This document shows positions 22,767 to 31,426 of a stretch of 64,000 bases of DNA, piece by piece. Both the position numbers and the translations under genes were made by a program. Each line of letters starts with the position of its first letter. Within the stretch, counting starts at the first letter, position 1. A model generated the notes under the pieces. It was not told the origin of the DNA. It ran no database searches and saw only the letters and a list, made by a program, of their open reading frames with translations. Source of the DNA: an uncultured SAR86 cluster bacterium. GTDB taxonomy: Bacteria > Pseudomonadota > Gammaproteobacteria > Magnimaribacterales > D2472. Location of the stretch: NCBI GenBank assembly GCA_902599315.1, contig CACKEY010000001.1, positions 173,328-237,327 of the forward strand, read 5' to 3'.

Positions 22767-22793
22767 TTAATCTATACAGTGACGGCGGAGTAG
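22767..22793 (+). repeat. glmS 3'-end repeat, copy 3 (most decayed)
   Basis: TTAATCTATACAGTGACGGCGGAGTAG would read L-I-Y-T-V-T-A-E-stop and matches the genuine end at 16 of 27 positions. Its 17-nt core matches copies 1 and 2 at 15 of 17 positions. Confidence 0.7.
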
Positions 22794-22826
22794 AAAGATA
22801 AAATTAGCTTTTTTAGGGCTTAAATA

Positions 22827-23117
22827 ATGGAAATAAATTGGGTGATTATAGGTTGGCTAATCGACATGACTCTTAATGGTTTTGTGTGGCTTATCATTGC
22901 AGCATTTTCTTTGTTAATAATTGATGTGACTGACAAATGGACAAGAAAAGCTGTTAAGTTGATGGGTAAAGCTGATGATTGGATAAGAAAATTTATAGAA
23001 GACGACTTATTTGAATTTATTCAAAAGAAGAACCTTAAAATGCTTACTAGCATTATTTTGTTAATTATCTTTGGTATTCTGGCTCAACTAGGAATAATAC
23101 CGAAGCTTATAACTTAA
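22827..23117 (+). CDS. Hypothetical membrane protein
   Basis: 96-aa ORF with two hydrophobic helices. It starts 33 nt after repeat copy 3. Confidence 0.55.
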   Translation: MEINWVIIGWLIDMTLNGFVWLIIAAFSLLIIDVTDKWTRKAVKLMGKADDWIRKFIEDDLFEFIQKKNLKMLTSIILLIIFGILAQLGIIPKLIT

Positions 23118-23277
23118 TATATTAAGATAATGAAAGTAATTTCAAATTTAATCCGTTAGCGGGCGATAAACTTAGTAAAAAAACACGGATTACTTTTAAA
23201 ATAAAATTAAATCACCATATAAATTCTATAGTTGCAAAGTTGTTTCGTTTGCAGAATAAATTTTAGGAGTATCAAAT

Positions 23278-23964
23278 ATGGTTTTAGCAGCCGGTGCACT
23301 CATAGTTCTAGCACTAATATTCGGGCCATCTTTATGGGTGAAGCTGGTTATGAAGAGGTATTCAACTGTAAAGCCTGAAATGCCAGGCACTGGGGGAGAA
23401 CTTGCAAAGCATTTGATTGAGCGATTTTCTTTAAAAGATGTGACGGTCGAAGTAACTGAGCTGGGAGATCATTATGATCCAATTGAAAAAAAAGTTAGGC
23501 TTTTGCGAGAGCACTATGAATCCAAATCGTTAACAGCAATTGCAATTGCCGCACATGAGGTTGGACATGCCATTCAGGATCAGCAAGGTGACAAACGTCT
23601 GGCTACTAGAACAAAGATGGTACCCATTATTGATAAGGTAGCCCGTTGGAGTGCTTTAATTATCTCTTTATCGCCAGTGATCGGTATTATTACGCGGCAT
23701 CCAATGCCATTTTCTTTATTGCTTATCGTTGGGCTATCCGGATTTATCGCTCGCATGATGGTTCATGCGGTGACTCTGCCAATTGAATTTGATGCAAGTT
23801 TTTCCAAGGCTCTTCCTATATTAAGGGAGGGGAATTACGTATCGCAGTCAAACGAAAGAGCCGTTAGCAGCATTCTGAGGGCAGCGGCTCTTACTTATGT
23901 TTCGGCTGCGCTTGCCGACATTTTAAACCTTGGTCGTTGGATCGTTATTCTATCTAGGCGATGA
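23278..23964 (+). CDS. Putative neutral zinc metallopeptidase (YugP-like, Zn_peptidase_2 family)
   Basis: 228 aa with the HExxH motif (AAHEVGHAIQ), an N-terminal TM helix and C-terminal TM helices, as in this family. A GGAG Shine-Dalgarno lies upstream. Confidence 0.75.
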   Translation: MVLAAGALIVLALIFGPSLWVKLVMKRYSTVKPEMPGTGGELAKHLIERFSLKDVTVEVTELGDHYDPIEKKVRLLREHYESKSLTAIAIAAHEVGHAIQDQQGDKRLATRTKMVPIIDKVARWSALIISLSPVIGIITRHPMPFSLLLIVGLSGFIARMMVHAVTLPIEFDASFSKALPILREGNYVSQSNERAVSSILRAAALTYVSAALADILNLGRWIVILSRR

Positions 23965-23990
23965 AACAAACTAGATACTAAAGTATAGTA

Positions 23991-24251
23991 TTGATTATGC
24001 TTAAGTTTCTTCATATCACCGCAGTTATTGGGCTCGCATTATCCATCCTGTTAATGTACTTAGATAATTATTTCTCTCCATTATCTTTGTACATTTTGGG
24101 CCTTGTGTATTTGTTCATTGGATGGAGTGAGCATAAAGCACAATCCAAATCGTATAAACTCTATTTAATTGTTGGGCTGCTTATAACAGTAATTACTTTC
24201 TTAGGTGAGTTCATTTCAGGATATATATTGTTCAAAGCAAATAACTTTTAA
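23991..24251 (+). CDS. Small membrane protein, paralog of 21243-21521
   Basis: 86 aa with three TM helices. Its similarity to the 92-aa ORF at 21243 is described under that feature. Confidence 0.6.
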   Translation: MIMLKFLHITAVIGLALSILLMYLDNYFSPLSLYILGLVYLFIGWSEHKAQSKSYKLYLIVGLLITVITFLGEFISGYILFKANNF

Positions 24252-24270
24252 TTAATGGAAATTATAAAAG

Positions 24271-25359
24271 ATGAGAAGTTTTCTTGTTGATACTCCTCTG
24301 CCGGAGAGTAGATTTAAAAAAGTGTATTTAATTAGCAAAAAAATCAATGTTTTAGCTATGCTTTTCTTGTCTTTATCAGTGCTATCAGAGTCAATGACTG
24401 AGCATGCGATAAATCATGAATCAATTAATAGAACTTACTTAAAATATATTCCAGCAGACCTAGATCTTAAAAATGAAGTTGATTTATTTATTGGAATCCA
24501 CGGCTATACAGGAACAGCTACCGGATTTGAAATGCAAACCACTGGTGGATTTAATGATGCAGCAAACAAATATAAATTTTTAGCAATTTACCCACAAGGG
24601 CTTTACTTTAATAGCGTTGAGGATGACCCTAGCTCATTTGTTTCCTCCTGGAATGATCTGACAGGCTCAAAGACCCAAACACCAAATGGTGAAATATGTG
24701 CAATAGATGCAGATATTTATCCCCAGTATCCTAATTGTAGTGGAGGAGGACGTTGTGCTTGGGCAAGCTGTAGTGATGATCTTGGCTTTATAAAAAAAAT
24801 AATTGATCGCACAAAGGAAGACTATAAGATTAGAGATATATATTTATTAGGCATGAGCAATGGCGGCATGATGGCTCAAGCACTGGCCTGTAAATATCCA
24901 AGCATTTTTAGAGGTGTTGTAAATGTTGTAGGAATGCAACAAAAAGATCTTAGCTGCATTCCTAAAGAACCAGTGAATTTTATTATCTATGGAAGCGTCA
25001 AAGACACGGTCGTTCCCCCAATTAATATCAGAGCATCAGACGGTTACTTTTATGAGCCAATGGAAGATACATTCAATGCTTGGTCAAAACAATTTGGATG
25101 TAAGGCTTTCAAAAAATCAGATTTTAATTTATACGATGATTTTGAAAAAAATATAGCTTCAGATTGCAAGAATGAGGTTCAAGTTATTAGCCTTTTAAAT
25201 AAAGATGCGGGACATTTTTGGCCTGGCATTGATAGAAATGTAGGGTTTTGCTACTCGCTACCTCAATCAAACCTTGATTACTCAGAGTGCAATTTTTCAA
25301 TTGCCAATGAATGGGGCAACGATTTTTTAATAAATCTGTTATTTGACCTTAAAAATTAA
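24271..25359 (+). CDS. Secreted alpha/beta-hydrolase esterase (PHB depolymerase / LpqC-like family)
   Basis: 362 aa with the nucleophile elbow GMSNGG, several Cys pairs and an internal signal-peptide-like segment. An alternative start at GTG 24322 would yield a conventional signal peptide. Confidence 0.7.
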   Translation: MRSFLVDTPLPESRFKKVYLISKKINVLAMLFLSLSVLSESMTEHAINHESINRTYLKYIPADLDLKNEVDLFIGIHGYTGTATGFEMQTTGGFNDAANKYKFLAIYPQGLYFNSVEDDPSSFVSSWNDLTGSKTQTPNGEICAIDADIYPQYPNCSGGGRCAWASCSDDLGFIKKIIDRTKEDYKIRDIYLLGMSNGGMMAQALACKYPSIFRGVVNVVGMQQKDLSCIPKEPVNFIIYGSVKDTVVPPINIRASDGYFYEPMEDTFNAWSKQFGCKAFKKSDFNLYDDFEKNIASDCKNEVQVISLLNKDAGHFWPGIDRNVGFCYSLPQSNLDYSECNFSIANEWGNDFLINLLFDLKN

Positions 25360-25450
25360 GCTAGCAGCTTTAATGTGCCAACAAACTTGTGTTTCAGATC
25401 TAATTACATTATAAAATAAGGACTTAAATACATTCTTTCGGGGGAAAAAG

Positions 25451-27781
25451 ATGTCATCTATTTATTTAAAACCGCTTTTTGAAAAAAAAGCAGATCCAGT
25501 AACCCATATATTAAGGGATATATTCAAAGACAATAATTTTGCCTTGCCATATCTTGGCGCCTTAACACTTGGACTAGGCGTAGCTCAATCATCAAATATT
25601 TCTGCTCAGGAGAATTTAGAGGAAGTTGTTGTAACAGCGAGCAAAAGGTCAGAAAATCTGCAAGACGTTCCAATGAGCGTTCAAGCAATAGGTGCAGCTG
25701 AATTAGACCTCAAGAATGTCAAAGGTCTCGATGATATTGCAAATCTATCTCCAGCCGTTACATTGGATGCCGGCGGGCCAGGTAATTCTACTTTTTATAT
25801 CAGAGGTGTCTCAGATGGTGGATTTGGAAATCCTTCAGGAGCGGCCTCAACAACAGCCTTATATTTAGACGAGCAACCTTTGACCACGATTGGCCAAACA
25901 CCTGATTTGCATGTTTTTGACGTTGAGCGAGTAGAAATTCTTAGTGGGCCACAGGGAACTTTATATGGCTCAAGTTCAACCTCTGGAAACATAAAAATTA
26001 TTACAAAAAAACCCGATGTTACCTCTGTAGATTACGGTTTTGACCTTGAGTATGGGTCCATTGAAGATGGATCAAATGATCAATCGTTAGAAGCATATAT
26101 AAATATGCCTCTCGGTGCTAATACTGCTGTAAGAGTTAGCGCATATGATCTTCAAGATGGAGGTTGGATTGATAACGAACTGTCAACCAAAACTTTTACA
26201 AATAGCGGCTATACAATTGATAACAGCGCATTTGCAGAAGATGATTACAATGAACTTAATAAAAGTGGATATCGAATTAGATTAGCTTCAGAAATCATGG
26301 GGCAAAACCTTGATCTTTCTATGCTTGATCAAACTTCTGAATTTGGTGGATCTTGGGAGACTGATGAAGCTGTCGGTCCGAGATCAAATTCTCGATTTAA
26401 TGAAGAGTATTTTGATGATGATTTTAGTCAAATTTCATTATCATTGAGCGGCGATTTAAACGATAACGTTGAATATATTTTTACAGCCTCATCTTTTGAA
26501 AGGGATGTTGAATACACTTATGACTATTCAGAATATGTAGAATATTATAATTATGATGGTCCCACCTATACCTGTGACTATTATGACTACTATTATTATT
26601 ACAATATTTCAGGTTGCCAGGATCCAAGAATGTCATACACGCAAATCGACGATCATGAAAGAGATTCATATGAAGTAAGAATTCAATCAAAAGGCGACTC
26701 AGGTTTTCAGTGGATACTTGGCGCCTTTAGTGAATCCTCTAAAAGAGATTATGAAATTGCTTACCTGTGGCCTGGATCAAATCCAGGTAATTTGTCATGG
26801 AATGTTCCCAATGGCCAGTGGTGGAATCTTGATAACACAAGAGAGGAGGATACAGAGGCCTTTTTTGGAGAAGGTCGATTCAACCTTAATGATAAAACCA
26901 AGTTAACCTTAGGTTTTAGATCATATGATCAGGACACTATGGTAAACGCAAAAGATGGTTATTTTGGTGTATTTGATGGTGTAGATAAGGTGTTTAATTC
27001 CAGTGATTCAGGAGTTGTACCAAAAGTGAATATAGCTCACAACTTAAATGATGATGTGATGTTGTATGGAACCTACTCAGAGGGCTTTAGGGCCAGCGGT
27101 ATTAATAGGGTCAGGCCCGCTCAAACTGCTTTTATTCCTGAAACATATGACTCTGATTATTTGGAAAGTCTTGAGCTTGGATTCAAGTCAACCCTTGCAG
27201 ACGGAAAGCTTATTCTAAATGGAGCATACTTCATGATGGATTGGAGTGATTTTCAATCTACCACATATAATTTGGCATATTCCACAGTAGCCTTTGTTGA
27301 TAATGTGGGTAATGCAGAAATTAATGGTCTTGAACTTGATGCCACCTACAAACCTAATGACTCATTAACTTTGTCAGGCTATGTTGTTTCTAATGATCCC
27401 TCTTTATCAGAAGATTACTATGATGTGTCTGGAGTTCTTCAGGCTAATTCAGGAAATAGACTTGCATACGTTCCCGAGCTCTCTTATGTTTTAGGATTAG
27501 ATAAGGTGTTAAGTATCTTTGGTATGCCCGGATATGTGTCCGTTGATTACTCATATACTGGTGATAGGTACACCAGTCAGGCCAATGAGCTTAAGTTGCC
27601 GTCATATGCTATAGCCAATATGAGAGTTGGTGTTGAATCAAATAATAGGTCTATGGAAGTCTTTATTAGCAATCTTACTGATGAAAATGGATATCTATCA
27701 AGGTATAACGATTTTGGAGATATTAGAAGGACTCAAAATAGGCCAAGAGTTATTGGTTTAAGATTCAAGTATAGATACTAG
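25451..27781 (+). CDS. TonB-dependent outer-membrane receptor
   Basis: 776 aa with a signal peptide, a plug domain (EEVVVTASKR...ILSGPQGTLYGSSSTSG) and a beta-barrel ending in the terminal aromatic residues FKYRY. Confidence 0.93.
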   Translation: MSSIYLKPLFEKKADPVTHILRDIFKDNNFALPYLGALTLGLGVAQSSNISAQENLEEVVVTASKRSENLQDVPMSVQAIGAAELDLKNVKGLDDIANLSPAVTLDAGGPGNSTFYIRGVSDGGFGNPSGAASTTALYLDEQPLTTIGQTPDLHVFDVERVEILSGPQGTLYGSSSTSGNIKIITKKPDVTSVDYGFDLEYGSIEDGSNDQSLEAYINMPLGANTAVRVSAYDLQDGGWIDNELSTKTFTNSGYTIDNSAFAEDDYNELNKSGYRIRLASEIMGQNLDLSMLDQTSEFGGSWETDEAVGPRSNSRFNEEYFDDDFSQISLSLSGDLNDNVEYIFTASSFERDVEYTYDYSEYVEYYNYDGPTYTCDYYDYYYYYNISGCQDPRMSYTQIDDHERDSYEVRIQSKGDSGFQWILGAFSESSKRDYEIAYLWPGSNPGNLSWNVPNGQWWNLDNTREEDTEAFFGEGRFNLNDKTKLTLGFRSYDQDTMVNAKDGYFGVFDGVDKVFNSSDSGVVPKVNIAHNLNDDVMLYGTYSEGFRASGINRVRPAQTAFIPETYDSDYLESLELGFKSTLADGKLILNGAYFMMDWSDFQSTTYNLAYSTVAFVDNVGNAEINGLELDATYKPNDSLTLSGYVVSNDPSLSEDYYDVSGVLQANSGNRLAYVPELSYVLGLDKVLSIFGMPGYVSVDYSYTGDRYTSQANELKLPSYAIANMRVGVESNNRSMEVFISNLTDENGYLSRYNDFGDIRRTQNRPRVIGLRFKYRY

Positions 27782-27801
27782 ATATAATTCTATAAATCAA
27801 A

Positions 27802-27825
27802 AGCCTTTATCAAAAGATGAAGGCT
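27802..27825. terminator. Possible bidirectional terminator hairpin between the convergent TBDR and BCCT genes
   Basis: AGCCTT-(12 nt)-AAGGCT, a 6-bp stem. On the minus strand it is followed directly by TTTTGATTT. On the plus strand a T6 run lies 6 nt downstream. The stem is short and weak. Confidence 0.3.
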
Positions 27826-29307
27826 CTATGCTTTTTTAGTTGCAATAATATTTTTAACTATAGAAATCATCAGCAATAGATATACAAACAATAACGGAAC
27901 TGAGAATATAACCATTATCCACTTAAATGAATCAACTCCCCCAAGAAACATCAAGAGGGTAGGTTGAATAACAAGTAAGATCGCAAATATCAACCTTAAA
28001 TTACCTGAGCTCTCAATATTTGATCTTTTCATAGATGCTGAAGCTAGAATGTATGAGGTAGAGTCATAGGTTGTACATAAAAAGATAATACAAATTATTC
28101 CAAAACCAATTAAAAGAAAGTTACTAAAACTCAATGTCGATAAAGTTTTAATTATTATTTGCTCTCTATTTAGAATCCCGTCTTCTAATAGCTTGGGCGA
28201 ATTCAAAAGCTCTGATTCAAATAGATAGATTGATAAATTTGATAATACAGACATGCTTATCATGCAACCAACGCTGCCAATAAATATTACTCCTAGAATA
28301 ATAGATCTCAATGATTTGCCATTAGATATGTTAACAATGAAGGCGCCGACCATTGGGGCTAATGCCATCCACCAAGCCCAATAAAAAACCGACCAATCTT
28401 TACTGATTGCTGTACCAGTTGTGAAACTGAATTCAGGATATTGCTTAAATAAGAACAAGTAACTCTCGATTGATTTAGAAAAAATATATTGCGTTGGCCC
28501 TAGAATAAAAACCAAGACCAAAAATAATAAAACTAAAATAATATTAAAGTTACTTAGCCTCTTTATTCCTTTTTGAATTCCAAGATATGCACTGGTTGCA
28601 AATATTGACAGACAAACAGCTATCGTAAAAATATCCAGATTAAAAGTTTTTTCAATATTGAAGACATTTGATAAGATCGAAGAAATTAAAGGGAAGGACA
28701 AGCCAAGTCCAACTCCTGCTCCACAAAGTATCGCTCCAATGAACAATGAATCAAATAAAACCTCCAAGAATTTATTTTTGATATTAAATATTCCTGAAAA
28801 TGTTAATTTAGATTTTTGATTGTTTGTGATTGCCAACCCAAACGCAATTGCAGGCAAGCAATATATAGCCCAAGCAGTAAATGACCAATGAAAAATAGGA
28901 TAAGTTCTTGAATACAACAACGCGGTATCAATATCTAAGCTCTGGGATCTTAATATATTAAAATAATCTATCCATTCAATTGTTGCCCAGTACAAAAGAG
29001 CTGCGCCAATACCCGCGGCAAAGAGCATTGAACCCCATGAAAAAAATGAATGTGTTTCCTTATTCTGTAAAGAAATTTTTATATCACCATATTTTGATAG
29101 CGCAATAAAGATTAGAAAAATTAATACCGAAAAACTTCCATACATATAGGTTGGTTCAAAAATGATTGTCAAAGAGTCATATAATTTGAAAAGTAGCTTT
29201 GAACTTCCAACAGGATCAGACAACACATATATTGATAAGAGCAAAGATAGTACAATCGAAAGTGAGATAATAGTTTTATTCCATTCTGCACTTATTTTTA
29301 TAAACAT
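27826..29307 (-). CDS. BCCT family (betaine/carnitine/choline-type) transporter
   Basis: 493 aa, polytopic, with BCCT signatures (SWGSMLFAAGIGAALLYW and the Trp-rich VFYWAWWMALAPMVGAFI). Confidence 0.88.
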   Translation of the reverse strand: MFIKISAEWNKTIISLSIVLSLLLSIYVLSDPVGSSKLLFKLYDSLTIIFEPTYMYGSFSVLIFLIFIALSKYGDIKISLQNKETHSFFSWGSMLFAAGIGAALLYWATIEWIDYFNILRSQSLDIDTALLYSRTYPIFHWSFTAWAIYCLPAIAFGLAITNNQKSKLTFSGIFNIKNKFLEVLFDSLFIGAILCGAGVGLGLSFPLISSILSNVFNIEKTFNLDIFTIAVCLSIFATSAYLGIQKGIKRLSNFNIILVLLFLVLVFILGPTQYIFSKSIESYLFLFKQYPEFSFTTGTAISKDWSVFYWAWWMALAPMVGAFIVNISNGKSLRSIILGVIFIGSVGCMISMSVLSNLSIYLFESELLNSPKLLEDGILNREQIIIKTLSTLSFSNFLLIGFGIICIIFLCTTYDSTSYILASASMKRSNIESSGNLRLIFAILLVIQPTLLMFLGGVDSFKWIMVIFSVPLLFVYLLLMISIVKNIIATKKA

Positions 29308-31281
29308 ATGTCAGAGAATACCAACCTTAAGATTGCATTAGATAACGCTAGTGATTTATTTAACAATAATAATTTAAATGAATGTATAGAACAACTTGAA
29401 GAAATTTTAAATATCCATCCTTCAAACCTTAAAGCCTTGTCTTTGCTTTTAGATATCAATATAAAATTAAATAGGGCTGAGAAAGCTTTAAAAATTATCA
29501 AAAAACTAATTCAACTTGAACCTGATAGTAAGGAGCACCATGAAAAATTAGTAAAAGTTCATCAATTTCTTAATGACAACAGAGCATACGAGTCTGCATT
29601 AATTGATTTTCATAAAAAATTTCCATCCATTACAACCGCTCGTTTAATTTCAAATATTCATATTGAAAATGATAGGGAAGAGGAATCTGATCAAGTTATT
29701 CAGAGCTTCTTTGAGTCAGATAAAAAATACGGCGATTTATATAAGGGAATTAGACACGTCAAAGCAGGTAGATTAAAGCTTGCTGAAGATGCATATAAAC
29801 GAGTTCTTAAAAAAGATAAGAATAATATAGATGCTTTAAGGTTATTAGGGCTGCTTGCATTTAAAACAAAAGATTATGAGGTATCTGAGAGACTTTTTTT
29901 AAGAGTCCTTGAATTAGATCCAACTTTTTCATTAGCTTGGGATAACCTTGCAAAACTTTATAGGATTCAAAATAAACTTTCAAAGTCTGTCCCAGCATTT
30001 AAGAATCTCATTCAGTTGGATCCAAATAATTTTGAAGCATTGGTATCTTTAGGAACTGTTTATATTAAGTTATCTCAATATCAAGAAGGTATTAAATTAT
30101 ACGAAAAGTCATTAAAAATTAATCCTGAAAATCCTCGAGTCTTTCTCAGTCTTGGCCACGCATTGAAAACAGTTGGAGAGAGAAAAAGATGTGAGGATGC
30201 ATATCAAAATGCAATAAAGTATTTTCCATTATCTGGTGAGGCATATTGGAGCTTAGCAAATCTAAAGACTTATGAATTCTCAGATAAAGAAATTATTAAC
30301 ATGGAGTCATCTCTTAACAGAAACATACATCCAAAAGAGCTAATTCAGATGCACTTTGCACTCGGAAAAGCCTATGAGTCAAAAAAACATTTTGATAAAT
30401 CATTTAAACATTATGCTCAAGGGAATTGGCAACAAAGAAAGCAGCTAAGTTATAACGCCGAAGACTATAAAATTTCTATCGATAGCTTAATAGATTTTTT
30501 TGAAAGCAATCGTGATCTTTACAACTTAAAAGCTAAATCAAGTTTTGAAGATCCAATTTTTATTTTGGGTTTACCTAGATCAGGATCAACAATGATCGAA
30601 CAGATCCTTGCATCTCATTCTTTAATAGAGGGCACACAAGAATTACCAAATATTTTGGCCATTTCTAGAGATATAAAGTTAATTGATCAAGAAAATGGGT
30701 ATCCAGATAACTTATTAGTACTTGACCAATCTTCATTTGAAGAGCTAGGAGAAAAATACATTGATGAAACAAAATGGGCCAGATCTTCTAAACCATTTTT
30801 TATTGATAAAATGCCAAACAATTTTGTCCACATAGGACTTATAAAATTAATTTTACCCAAGGCTAAGATAATAGATGCAAGAAGAAATCCAATGGACGCT
30901 TGTTTTAGCTGCTTTAAACAGTATTTTGCTAAAGGCCAACATTTTACTTATGACCTAGATGATATTGCTAGATATTACAAAGACTATATTAGGCTAATGG
31001 ATTATTGGAAAAAGCTTTTTCCAGGTGAAATTTTTACAATCAATTATGAGGATGTTATCAAAAATCCTAATGAAAGAATTGCAGATCTATTAGAATTTTG
31101 TAACGTGAAGTTCGAAGAGAATTGTTTAAATTTTCATAAATCAAAACGGCCAGTAAAAACTGCAAGTTCTGAACAAGTCAGGCAGCCAATGTATAAGACC
31201 GGTTTAGATTATTGGATGAATTATGCAGATCATCTAGAAATTTTGACGAAACATTTTTGCGAGGGCGAAAAAAAAATCTAA
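29308..31281 (+). CDS. TPR-repeat protein with a C-terminal sulfotransferase domain
   Basis: 657 aa with N-terminal TPR repeats. The C-terminal domain carries the PAPS 5'-phosphosulfate-binding loop GLPRSGSTM. Confidence 0.85.
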   Translation: MSENTNLKIALDNASDLFNNNNLNECIEQLEEILNIHPSNLKALSLLLDINIKLNRAEKALKIIKKLIQLEPDSKEHHEKLVKVHQFLNDNRAYESALIDFHKKFPSITTARLISNIHIENDREEESDQVIQSFFESDKKYGDLYKGIRHVKAGRLKLAEDAYKRVLKKDKNNIDALRLLGLLAFKTKDYEVSERLFLRVLELDPTFSLAWDNLAKLYRIQNKLSKSVPAFKNLIQLDPNNFEALVSLGTVYIKLSQYQEGIKLYEKSLKINPENPRVFLSLGHALKTVGERKRCEDAYQNAIKYFPLSGEAYWSLANLKTYEFSDKEIINMESSLNRNIHPKELIQMHFALGKAYESKKHFDKSFKHYAQGNWQQRKQLSYNAEDYKISIDSLIDFFESNRDLYNLKAKSSFEDPIFILGLPRSGSTMIEQILASHSLIEGTQELPNILAISRDIKLIDQENGYPDNLLVLDQSSFEELGEKYIDETKWARSSKPFFIDKMPNNFVHIGLIKLILPKAKIIDARRNPMDACFSCFKQYFAKGQHFTYDLDDIARYYKDYIRLMDYWKKLFPGEIFTINYEDVIKNPNERIADLLEFCNVKFEENCLNFHKSKRPVKTASSEQVRQPMYKTGLDYWMNYADHLEILTKHFCEGEKKI

Positions 31282-31361
31282 ACAATTATTTTTTTAAGAT
31301 CAAATTCTTTAAATTTTTGATAAAATTAAAAATATATATCATGAGAAGGATTTATTTCCTC

Positions 31362-31389
31362 TCCAACCTGCCTACTCCGGCAAGGTGGA
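31362..31389 (+). promoter_or_regulatory. Stable imperfect hairpin in the leader of the homocysteine methyltransferase gene
   Basis: TCCAACCTGCC-TACTCC-GGCAAGGTGGA forms 10 bp with two single-nucleotide bulges. Its 5' arm (CTCCA) is also complementary to the TGGAG of the downstream Shine-Dalgarno at 31416-31420. It is not followed by a U-run. Confidence 0.3.
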
Positions 31390-31426
31390 AAAAAGATATG
31401 GCGTTCAGCAAATAATGGAGGTGTGA

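Larger units (their letters stand above)
20326..22793 (+). other. Cassette-like array downstream of glmS: three units bounded by decayed copies of the glmS 3' end
   Basis: Units of 542, 343 and 1583 bp each end in a copy of the glmS terminal sequence (see the repeat features). No recombinase or transposase gene lies inside. Confidence 0.45.

Noticed and set aside
23149-23192. TAATCCGT...ACGGATTA inverted repeat after the 96-aa ORF, considered as a terminator or as the right boundary of the glmS-linked array.
   Set aside because: The 8-bp stem has a 28-nt loop and no following U-run. It has no similarity to the glmS-end repeats. On its own it is too weak to call.
26573-26617. Cys-flanked tyrosine run (CDYYDYYYYYNISGC) inside the TonB-dependent receptor.
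   Set aside because: It is in frame within a well-supported gene and is most simply a low-complexity extracellular loop. There is no DNA-level repeat or slippage tract beyond TAT/TAC codon reuse.
31212-31415. 67-aa ORF spanning the sulfotransferase 3' end and the downstream intergenic region.
   Set aside because: It starts inside the sulfotransferase gene in another frame. Its translation is Lys/Phe/Ile-rich and low in complexity. The region is better explained as a non-coding leader containing the hairpin reported above.
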